Shown: one piece after another, positions 53,054-64,000 of the stretch | Numbering within the stretch: the stretch's first letter is position 1 | Layout: the number at the start of each line of letters is the position of its first letter | Assembly (NCBI RefSeq): GCF_963676685.1 | Contig: NC_092356.1 | Span: forward strand, 50,282,001 to 50,346,000 | DNA length: 64,000 nucleotides | Reading direction: 5' to 3' | From: Mytilus edulis | Lineage: Eukaryota | Position numbers and translations under genes: made by a program | Notes under the pieces: model-generated | Told to the model about the DNA's origin: nothing | Seen by the model: the letters and a program-made list of their open reading frames with translations, nothing else | Databases searched by the model: none

Positions 53054-56000
53054 TTCAGAAAAACAAAGATATGTTTGAGTCTGTACAATCATATATCAGA
53101 AATACACTAAGATTTAGAACATTCAATTAAAATTCGAAATTCCAACTTCCTATCTCTTCACTCTAGTTCAGTTTTAAATATTACTCTTATACGTTTTGTT
53201 TTTGAAACAAGGCTATTTTTTTGTCAAAAGACAAGCGCAATAACCCCAAAGCGAATTGCGAGAAGTGGTTTCGTATTTCGTTAAAGAAAGAAAATACTAA
53301 TAGTTTATGTAAAATAACGTACGGTGTCGCGTTTATATCTTTTTAATGCATTGGTGCAATTGGATGCAAACAATAATGACCATAAAATATCAGGTTTGCG
53401 AGATCAGACAGTAACCTAACAACTAAACAATTGAAAACTTAGAGATCAATGTTTAACATTCGCCAGCAATGAGCAATTTTCATTAATAAAACATGATTTA
53501 GTCGAATACTTTGCGAGTAAAGAAGAAGAGACTACCATAGATTTGTTATTAACCCCAAATGCTTGATGGGTAAAAATCAGTATTCAGGAATTAACTTTTT
53601 TTTGCATTACACCTTGAAGTATTTCTAATACATTGTTGTTTTCCTGTTCTATGTAGCTTTCTTTCTGGCAAACACGGTTTTATAAATGCTGACAGGCACC
53701 GACCATTGAAAAACAATCGATCTGTTATGTAATGCAAATAATTGTTTTTTTTTTTATGGCAAATAAGAAAAAATACCGTTTGATTTAAAATTGTTTAAAA
53801 TTATTTAGAATAGATTTATGAAAATAACGTATATCAATGTGAAAAGGCTAAACTTTAATTTGTGCCGTAGGGATGTTATTGAGTGGTAAAGTTTTGTTTA
53901 CAATTATTTCCCACGTATTTCCCTAGTGAAATCTGCAATAATTATTATATCATCATGTTGTTGGATTTTCACATTATAACAAAACTAAGAATATGACGGA
54001 TGAATTTATAGTTAGCTGTTTCAATGTCCAGTGGCAACTATTAGATGTATCATTAGGAGGACATGTACAATGTTATAATAACATTAGATATATGTTTCAT
54101 TATAATGCGTTATTCTAATTGGCTTCTCTGCAATCTTGCGTTATTCCTTAATCAATTTAAATACACAATAAAATGTATCATTCATGATGACACGAGGTCC
54201 CACAATAGAGTGCACAAGTAAATAAACACAACCGTCCTTTTGATGATCAATTTGTTAACTTGCTGGGACTATCATTCTAATAGCATAATAGTCCCCGTTA
54301 AATCTGAGCTCTACCGTTAAATAGTACTGTAATTGTATTAATGTTATTATTTTATTTTTACGCTGTCTTAATTTGTAATTTAATATAGTTATTTTTAAAA
54401 GTATAATATAGTGGTAAGTCATTTTTGGGCAGGATATTGTTTGTTTTAGAGTGTATGAATAATTTTTATTGCAATCAACTTAAAAAAAACTAAACTATGT
54501 GGACCGTATGTCATCAAATAAATTTTACCTTATACAAGACAGCTGATTGGATAAATATGATAGGTTGTTACGCCTACATTGATACTGATGTCCAATCGAA
54601 TACCAGCAGACACCTGTCAGTAAAAAACAAATTGCAAGCGTGGCCGATTTATGTGTTTATTCGATATTTGAAAAATAATTTAGATAGCCGCTATTCGTTT
54701 ACTCTTTTTCAGGTGAATTCCAATAACTGTTTTTTCACTTTCTTATTAAACAGATGAGAAAGGTATTTAAATATGAGCGTACAACCAGTAACGGAATACT
54801 ACAAGCATTTTATATACCGTGTGTATAAAAAACATTATCAAATTATATTTGTAGATTGTAAAAGATTAAGAATATTTTTATATCTGTTCTAAATCATCTG
54901 AAATAAAATAAAACATATTTCTCTCTGCCTGAATGCAATCGTAAGCAAATTTTTTTTTACTTTTTTTTTGTTGTCTATTTGCAAATGACGAAGAATTCTC
55001 CTTAAACTGAAATATTAAACAGACAGACTAACTTTAAAGGACAAAATACTAGCGTGTACTTTCATCCAAGGAAATGAATTTCTATAAAGTAACTAATCTA
55101 AGTGGCCATCGATGTGTAATATTTGACACTGGACATTATTTTTGAAGCAATGCAATACGTATAATGTATACTATCAATCAAAATTAAAGACTTTTGAATG
55201 TAACAATATGGTACAAATCCATTTGATTTATTGAATTTTTATATATATTTTTTTTTATCTAAATGAAAATGTTGTAAACTGCTCCCAGTTAATATAAATA
55301 AGAAGATGTGGTATGTGTGTCAATGAAACAACTCTCCATCATTCAAGTCACATGGTATAATTTAATAAGAGGTCAAAAGTACGACCTCAACACGGAGCTT
55401 TGACCCTCATCGAACAGCAAGCTATAGCGGTCCCTAAAACGACAAGTGTAAAACAATTAAAAATGAAAAACAAAAGTCTAATCTATAAATACGGTCATTT
55501 CGCTACGTTATTTTATAGCTTTTTGGTCAATTTCGAAATAGCAAGTAAGCGTCTCACTGTTTTTCAAAATGAGTAGTAACACTGGTGCTTCAAAATATCT
55601 GATACGAAACAGAAATATAAACCGTACATTAGATTTTATCAATCGTGTCTTAACTAACGTTGTTTGGTATTTTTCTATGATATGATTTACTCTTGTATTT
55701 AATTCGTGCTAAAAAAAAATGGCGAAAAAAAAATTCAAATGAGTTATCGACATCGGTCTTTATATGTATATAATGGTCAATATAAACTGTCAATTAAATT
55801 TAAAAAAAAAGCTAATATAATTGTTGCATTTATTAAAAAAAATATAAAATAATGTTTTATTTGTAAATGTAATAATTTAACCCGGTTTAACCTTATACAT
55901 CTTATATTAAAGATAAAACGTGGAACTTCATTCATTATACGTCCAGTGACACGAATGCGTAATTATTTAGGTAGTTTATGCTTATCCGTTTCGGTTGACT

Positions 56001-56301
56001 GCTTAAATAATCCGTTTATTAAAATGTAAATAACTTTCACCAAGCATCTGTCATCTGTGTACAATTTTAAAATAAAAAGTAAATCATATACTTAAAATAT
56101 ACGTTACTTGACCAAATATAGATAAGAACTATTACTCTACATTAGAAACAAAAAATGTTTAAGAACATCTTTGAGATATATTTAATACTGATCATTATAT
56201 CTTTAGAGGCGGAATGCATACATACAGGACTACTTTATGTGAGACTGTAAAGTTTTTATGACAAATTTTCCGGTTACAACAATTAATCTTTTCTCATATA
56301 A

Positions 56302-56528
56302 GGGACGACATCAAAAGATCGATGTAGGATAAAAAACTTAAATCAAATAGTTTGGGGGTGGGGGGTCAACATTGCTGCAAGTTTTGTTAATCTAAAATCG
56401 AGTTTACCTATATTCATATAGGTAAATCAATTTTTCCCAAATTAAGTTAAGAAGGGGGGTAGGAGGGTCAGCGAAAAAACTATGTGAATTAAGTTTTTTA
56501 TCTTACATTGAACTTTTGATGTCGTCCC
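56302..56528. mobile_element. PIF/Harbinger (Tourist-like) MITE nested in the CACTA element
   Basis: TIR gggacgacatcaaaag / cttttgatgtcgtccc; TAA TSD. Confidence 0.85.
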
Positions 56529-57008
56529 TAACCAATGAAATGTTAAAGATTCTATCGGAAATAAATGAATTGTTTTTAAAGTTTGCATACTTTATTTAAT
56601 TAAATAGATATACAGTCATATTAAAAGATCACAAAAGAATATCATCCAAGATATAGAGATTATATTCATAAAGGGGGAGTAACCCCTGATAAAAACAGAT
56701 AAAGTGTCGCCCGTTTTATTCAAAATATTTAAAATCTTAACACAACTGAACACGATCTTACTGCAACTAGACAAGTTGTTCGCCGTTGGTCTTATTTAAT
56801 CTGAACGTGATCTAATCAAGTCTTATTTGGATGCTAGACGAATCTGTCTTATTTATCTTGACACGACTGATCTGACTGAACACAATATATCTTAACAGAG
56901 TCTGAGTGTCTAAACAGGTCTTAACGTTTTTCTCTAGCGGTAAATTAAGTCGATTAAGACTTGATCAGACCAAAATGACCGTTTCAGACTTAAATCTGGC
57001 TACTAGTG

Positions 57009-59560
57009 ACTACAGGACAAATGTTAGTCCAGAAAGGTAAACTACTATGAAGGACTACAGGACAAATGTTAGTCCAGAAAGGTAAACTACTATGAAGGAC
57101 TACAGGACAAAAGTTAGTCCAGAAAGGTAAACTACTATGAAGGACTACAGGACAAAAGTTAGTCCAGAAAGGTAAACTACTATGAAGGACTACAGGACAA
57201 AAGTTAGTCCAGAAAGGTAAACTACTATGAAGGACTACAGGACAAAAGTTAGTCCAGAAAGGTAAACTACTATGAAGGACTACAGGACAAAAGTTAGTCC
57301 AGAAAGGTAAACTACTATGAAGGACTACAGGACAAAAGTTAGTCCAGAAAGGTAAACTACTATGAAGGACTACAGGACAAAAGTTAGTCCAGAAAGGTAA
57401 ACTACTATGAAGGACTACAGGACAAAAGTTAGTCCAGAAAGGTAAACTACTATGAAGGACTACAGGACAAAAGTTAGTCCAGAAAGGTAAACTACTATGA
57501 AGGACTACAGGACAAATGTTAAAGTTCAGCAATGCAAACTACTATGAAGGACTACAGGACAAATGTTAGTTCAGAAAGGTAAACTACTATGAAGGACTAC
57601 AGGACAAATGTTAGTTCAGAAAGGTAAACTACTATGAAGGACTACAGGACAAAAGTTAGTCCAGAAAGGTAAACTACTATGAAGGACTACAGAACAAATG
57701 TTAGTCCAGAAAGGTAAACTACTATGAAGGACTACAGGACAAATGTTAGTCCAGAAAGGTAAACTACTATGAAGGACTACAGGACAAATGTTAGTTCAGA
57801 AAGGTAAACTACTATGAAGGACTACAGGACAAATGTTAGTCCAGAAAGGTTAACTACCATGAAGGACTACAGGACAAATGTTAGTTCAGAAAGGTAAACT
57901 ACCATGAAGGACTACAGGACAAATGTTAGTTCAGAAAGGTTAACTACTATGAAGGACTACAGGACAAATGTTAGTTCAGAAAGGTAAACTACTATGAAGG
58001 ACTACAGGACAAATGTTAGTTCAGAAAGGTAAACTACTATGAAGGACTACAGGACAAATGTTAGTCCAGAAAGGTAAACTACTATGAAGGACTACAGGAC
58101 AAATGTTAGTCCAGAAAGGTAAACTACTATGAAGGACTACAGGACAAAAGTTAGTCCAGAAAGGTAAACTACTATGAAGGACTACAGGACAAAAGTTAGT
58201 CCAGAAAGGTAAACTACTATGAAGGACTACAGGACAAAAGTTAGTCCAGAAAGGTAAACTACTATGAAGGACTACAGGACAAAAGTTAGTCCAGAAAGGT
58301 AAACTACTATGAAGGACTACAGGACAAAAGTTAGTCCAGAAAGGTAAACTACTATGAAGGACTACAGGACAAAAGTTAGTCCAGAAAGGTAAACTACTAT
58401 GAAGGACTACAGGACAAAAGTTAGTCCAGAAAGGTAAACTGCTATGAAGGACTACAGGACAAAAGTTAGTCCAGAAAGGTAAACTGCTATGAAGGACTAC
58501 AGGACAAAAGTTAGTCCAGAAAGGTAAACTACTATGAAGGACTACAGGACAAAAGTTAGTCCAGAAAGGTAAACTACTATGAAGGACTACAGGACAAAAG
58601 TTAAAGTTCAGCAATGCAAACTACTATGAAGGACTACAGGACAAATGTTAGTTCAGAAAGGTAAACTACTATGAAGGACTATAGGAAAAATGTTAGTTCA
58701 GAAAGGTAAACTACTATGAAGGACTACAGGACAAAAGTTAGTCCAGAAAGGTAAACTACTATGAAGGACTACAGGACAAATGTTAGTCCAGAAAGGTTAA
58801 CTACTATGAAGGACTATAGAACAAAAGTTAGTCCAGAAAGGTAAACTACTATGAAGACTACAGGACAAAAGTTAGTCCAGAAAGGTAAACTACTATGAGG
58901 ACTACAGGACAAAAGTTAGTCCAGAAAGGTAAACTACTATGAAGGACTACAGGACAAATGTTAGTCCAGAAAGGTTAACTACTATGAAGGACTATAGAAC
59001 AAAAGTTAGTCCAGAAAGGTAAACTACTATGAGGACTACAGGACAAAAGTTAGTCCAGAAAGGTAAACTACTATGAGGACTACAGGACAAAAGTTAGTCC
59101 AGAAAGGTAAACTACTATGAGGACTACAGGACAAAAGTTAGTCCAGAAAGGTAAACTACTATGAGGACTACAGGACAAAAGTTAGTCCAGAAAGGTAAAC
59201 TACTATGAGGACTACAGGACAAAAGTTAGTCCAGAAAGGTAAACTACTATGAGGACTACAGGACAAATGTTAGTCCAGAAAGGTTAACTACTATGAGGAC
59301 TACAGGACAAATGTTAGTCCAGAAAGGTTAACTACTATGAAGGACTATAGAACAAAAGTTAGTCCAGAAAGGTAAACTACTATGAGGACTACAGGACAAA
59401 TGTTAGTCCAGAAAGGTTAACTACTATGAAGGACTACAGGACAAAAGTTAGTCCAGAAAGGTTAACTACTATGAGGACTACAGGACAAATGTTAGTCCAG
59501 AAAGGTTAACTACTATGAAGGACTACAGGACAAAAGTTAAAGTTCAGCAATGCAAACTAC
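57009..59560. repeat. 45-bp tandem array, right part (~57 units, with 47-bp and 44-bp variants); degenerate units continue to ~59780
   Basis: Same unit as 42884-43263; marker variant ttaaagttcagcaatgcaaact at ~57519, ~58601, ~59538. Confidence 0.98.
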
Positions 59561-59993
59561 TACAAAAGACTACCAGACAAAAGTTAGTCCAGTACGGAAA
59601 ACTAATAACCAGGAAAGGACTATAGGACAAAGTTAGTCCAGCATGACTAATAGCCACAAAGGACTACAGGACAAAAGAATGTCCAGCAAGACAATCTACC
59701 ATAAATTGGACTACAGGACAAAAGTATGTCCAACAAGGCAAAGTAAATATGAGGACTACCAGACAAAAGTTTGTCAAGCAAAGCCAGAAAACTTAGTTAT
59801 AATACCAAATGTAGAACAACGGTCAATTAAAGCAAAATGACATGAAGACAACTAAATAGTATCTAGTAAGATGATTTGAAGGTAAAATTAACAAACAGCT
59901 GACACAAAAATGAAGAACAAGCTAGTCTTTTATTAGTTAATTTACTAATGAGAAACAAGTTAGATTAGTAAATAAACTACAGGTTTATATGAG

Positions 59994-60810
59994 TTATTGC
60001 GAACCCTATGATAGTTTTCCATAGATTCACCTGCAAGTTACCTGTCAATTTAAACTTTTGGCAGTTCTATTGTCCCATCTAACAAATACAACAGGTATTG
60101 TTCTCTGTGTAGTTTATTCACTGGGACCTTTAAATTTCTTCCAAGAGAAATATATCACTCATTGATTAATTTACCTGAACAAAAAATTGAACTGTCAATG
60201 ATGAAAAAATACTTATACCAATACTAAGTAAGGACTCACAAAACTGCATGTGGTGTTGTATTTATTCAATACCAATAACTCGTTTTTAATGTGTTCAATA
60301 TTAATACTGATTCAAAAATTAAAAGTTGATTTCTGATCAAATATTCAATATTTTTGTGTGTTTGATAATTAAAAATATGAATATTATTATTTTTAAATTA
60401 AGGTCTTTATAAACATAAGTCTATAAATGAACAACAAAAAAAAACATGTAAATTCATAGGAAAATACTAAAAAATGTGTCTGAAATAAACTTTTTATTAT
60501 TAAACCAGATTTTATATTGAACAGATTGAAAATATATTAATGATATATTGAATAAATATAATATTGCATACAGTTTTTGTGAGTTTATAGAAGTATTTCA
60601 ATAAAAAAAGAAGGTAATTTTTTGGTCAGGTAAATTAATCAATGAGTGATATATTTCTCCTAGAAGAAATTTAAAGGTCCCAGTGAATAAATTTCACAGA
60701 GAACAATACCTGTTGTATTTGTTTGATGGGACAATAGAACTGCCAAAAGTTTAAATCGACAGGTAACTTGCAGGTGAATCTATGGAAAACTAAGATAGGG
60801 TTCGCAATAA
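59994..60810. repeat. Foldback structure: 195-bp inverted repeats around a 427-bp AT-rich spacer
   Basis: 59994-60188 is the reverse complement of 60616-60810 with few mismatches. Confidence 0.9.
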
Positions 60811-63457
60811 TTATAAAACTGATAGACATCAATACAATTGTACTACAAATGAGCTTTCCATGGAATTGTTATAGCTTAAACATTGTTAAAAGGTGCAATT
60901 AATTGCTGTAATAATGCCAGGTGATATGGACAATTAAATGAAGCTTCAATAAATCATTAACACCAATTTTTGTCTGGTTCATATCAGTGTTTTCTTTATC
61001 TGGGTGTGAATGGTAACAAAGCACTCAAATAACACTGATTAGTTGTGCAGACAAATTATTCAAACATGCATCAAGCTATTTTAGACTGCAATTAATTATT
61101 ATAGGAAGGCACATAGAAGGTTTACAGTTTGCTTTGAACAAGCTGAAAGAGAAACAAAAGAAAATTGAATCCTGAGGAATACAGATAATACTGTGAATTC
61201 AATAGGATACCAATTTTTCATGGATTTCTTGGTTACTGGTGAACCACCAATGAAAGAGCAACAAATTGAAATTTTCCATAAGGTTGTATCATTATGCAGA
61301 TTTTGGCAAAATAATGAAACCAAATATCCATGAAAATACTTGTTAAATCCTCAATCTATGAAAAAAATGAATCCACAGTATATGATTTATAAAAGTAAGA
61401 AGATGTGGTTTTGATTGCAAATGAGACAACTATCCTCCTGAGACCAATGACATAGAAGGTTAGGAAATGTAGGTCACCATAAGGCCTTCAACAATGAGCA
61501 AAATCCATACTACACAGAAAACCATAAAAGGCCCTCATAAAATAAATGTAAAACAATTCAAACAATTCTCTTGTTTCAATCATTGCATCTTTTCAAGACT
61601 GATTAACTTGAAAAAAGTAAAAACACAAAAATACCGAACTCCGAGGAAAATTCAAAAAGGAAAATCAAAAATCAAAAGGCAAATCAAAAGTCCAAACACA
61701 TCAAACGAATGGGTAACAACTGTCATATTCCTGACTTGGTACAGGCATTTTCTAATGTAGAAAATGGTGGATTGAACCTGGTTTTATAGCTAGCTAGAGT
61801 GAGTTCTGTTTTACATCACTTTTATGCAAGAACCAAGATGTTGATGTTTATCTGATATGACAGATTATGACATGTGCAGCATGCAGATATGCATACACTG
61901 AAACATAGTGCACCTGCCTAATACATGTGTAGAATGTGTGTTATTACTTGTTTTTCAGGAAGATTATATTAGTTTTGAGTTTTGTACATGTAAATATGTC
62001 TTTGTACATGTATCTATGATTTAACAGACATCTGTTTTATTTCTTATTCCTTTATTTTGTAGATGTTTTGATCTTTTTCACAGTGACATTCTTGCTGTCT
62101 TTAGATTTTTACATAAATTCATATATGTAGTGCTCTTATACATAATGCAGACGAAACCATTCATTTATGCATGCTATTTTCCACACTTTTATGCCCCCAT
62201 TTGTTCCCAATGGCTTTAAATATTTGGCTTCCAAAATCTTAAAAAAAAGTGTGCTAAAAAATTTCAAAAACACACCAGGAACTGACATTCTACCATTTAC
62301 TCAACAAAATAATTGAAGAAGAACATATTTCTTCTTATCTTCAACAAAAACCTTCCTCTAGAAAGAAACCAATTGCTAATTCAAGTCCGCATTATACATT
62401 ATATTTCATTTGTTGTAGAAAAATCAGATATGCGTAGATTCTGTAAAAAATTGCTGAACCTGTATTCAAACTTATTTTACAGGTCAATTTCTTCACAAGT
62501 AAATTAAACATTGGTAATCATCAAAGAAGTTGCAGAACTTCTACTTGAAACCAAGACACGTTTTTCCCTGTATATTTCCTTCCCATTGTAAACCACATGG
62601 CCATATCTTTCAGACTAGACTGGTGATGATGATGTTGGTCTAATGTAAATATAATATATATCTCTAGCATCATTAACCACTAATTACCTTACATTGTTGA
62701 TAGCAGGCCTGCTCAAAAATTCTTCTTTACAAGCCTCCTGATTCTTTATTACTTTATTGTTATAATTAACATGTTATGAGGTGGTAGACATGGGCCTGTT
62801 TTTGATTTACATGTTCATCAATGGTTGAGATTCTCACAAAACATGTTTAACCCTGCGGCATTAATGCCTGTCCAAGTCAGAAGCCTGACTGGCCTTTCTC
62901 TAATTTAAGTTCTTTATGTGCTTTGAATTTTAGTATGATGTCCATTTTCACTCAACTAGGTGAGCAGCTGAGGCCCATCTCTGAGTGGGATTTTCTCATT
63001 GGGTTGAGGACCAATTATTGGCCTTCTGCTGTTTTCTGCTCTTTGGTCGGGTTCTTGTCTCTTTGACATATTTCCCATTTCCATTCTCAATTTTACATGA
63101 AATTTGTCGTTCTATTTTTTACAAGGTATTTTGCAGATGAATTATCTTAATTTTTTTTTACACAGTATTAAACTCACATAAAAAATGTAAAGTATCTATT
63201 TCTGGTGGTGAAGTCTTCATGGTACATTTAGCAAAAATACCATTAGACAGAATTATAACAAATACTCAAGTTAATTGTTAGAATTCTGTTACATTCCTGC
63301 AGATATTTAGATATGGCTTCTTATTTCCAATGAAATAAATCTTTAAAAAAGAAGTTTAAAGCGGTCAAATTCTGGTAAAAATAGTTTTTAGTTCCTACTT
63401 AGACACAAATGGATAAGACAGACAGAAAATTCAGTCTACACTGACTGCATTTTATTT

Positions 63458-63802
63458 AGTTTAAACATTTTTATTTATAGTGGATTGAAAAACTAGTTTT
63501 GCAACTTATATTAATCCCTTTCCACTTTGCGGGTGCGAGTGCTGCCTTGTAGCGGCATTAGCCTGCTCTTTTTCGAAATCTATAAGGGTGTCTTTAACGT
63601 GCAAGAGATATGGCTCTCTCTTAACATGGGTCAGCCATTTATCGTCCCCTTCCGACAGACTAACATTGTTTTCTCGAGACCATACTCCCAAATGGTGTCA
63701 AGGGAGAGCTGAAAATTCAGTCCCTAAAATTTTCATCCCAGACAGGAATCGAACCAGGAACCTTTGTGTTAGTAGTTCGATGCACTAACCACTACACCAC
63801 AG
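63458..63802 (-). mobile_element. tRNA-derived SINE, full length, with a Deu/Nin-like central domain
   Basis: Minus strand: A box tggtgtagtgg, B box ggttcgattcc, central gacgataaa...gcacgttaaagacaccc...ttcgaaaaagagcagg, A-rich tail; 13-bp TSD ctgcattttattt (63445-63457, 63803-63815). Confidence 0.85.
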
Positions 63803-64000
63803 CTGCATTTTATTTGAATGTGATACAAGTTTCTTTTATAACTGATTTTAACTTCCATCATCAAATCTGATATAAACATAGACATAATGTCCTTATGTTT
63901 GAGGGCATGCACTTGTTAACCCCATTTGGGCCTCTATTCCAATGAAGAACATATGGTCCAGTGTTTAATAGATTACCCAACAGAAAATGAATTTGATTTT

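Larger units (their letters stand above)
43264..57008. mobile_element. 13,745-bp non-autonomous CACTA/CMC-superfamily DNA transposon
   Basis: Ends CACTAG...CTAGTG; 91-bp TIRs (43264-43354, 56918-57008) with 6 mismatches, degenerate extension to ~220 bp; 3-bp TSD ACT (43261-43263, 57009-57011) that restores the array unit gaaggACTacaggac. Confidence 0.93.

Noticed and set aside
43264-57008. RAG-like or Transib transposon (CAC termini)
   Set aside because: Those make 5-bp TSDs. Here the flanks are ggACT and ACTac, a 3-bp duplication, and no RAG1/Transib coding sequence is visible.
56990-58614. ORFs of 180 and 197 aa made of CPVVLHSSLPFWTNF repeats
   Set aside because: By-product of a 45-bp (3n) tandem unit. 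The ttc variant introduces stops, 44- and 47-bp units break the frame, all plus-strand frames of the main unit contain stops, and there are no splice signals.
57009-59560. CRISPR-like appearance of the regular repeat array
   Set aside because: Units are head-to-tail with no unique spacers, there are no cas genes, and the context is eukaryotic.
24399-63788. Remaining short ORFs of 60-100 aa in the track
   Set aside because: Low-complexity F/L/I/K-rich translations expected by chance in AT-rich DNA or derived from repeats; no domains and no phase-consistent exon chains.
63730-63802. tRNA gene
   Set aside because: A and B boxes are present but there is no proper acceptor stem. It continues into a ~270-bp body with an A-rich tail and a 13-bp TSD, so it is a SINE head.

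Overview
AT-rich, intron-rich eukaryotic DNA. The repeat content resembles a bivalve (Mytilus-like) genome; that is recall, not a search result. Bases 1-24.3 kb hold, on the minus strand, a spliced ACK-family tyrosine kinase of the Ack-like/PR2 type (SAM - kinase - SH3 - CRIB - long Pro-rich tail). I traced 19 coding exons by hand with consistent GT-AG phases (~1190 codons); the 3' end runs off the window. Between SH3 and CRIB lies a cluster of six paralogous, frame-preserving 45-57 nt microexons, and their junctions rebuild an (L/I)xRK(D/E)S motif. The tail carries ten tandem heptads, 8 of them full T-P-x-K/R CDK sites. Upstream (24.3-64 kb) there is no convincing coding sequence. It contains many MITEs, a tRNA-derived SINE and a 45-bp tandem array with higher-order structure. 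That array is split by a 13,745-bp CACTA-ended element (91-bp TIRs, 3-bp ACT target duplication) with no intact transposase. The element appears richer in CpG than its flanks and carries nested repeats, a LINE 3' fragment and a type I hammerhead ribozyme motif.
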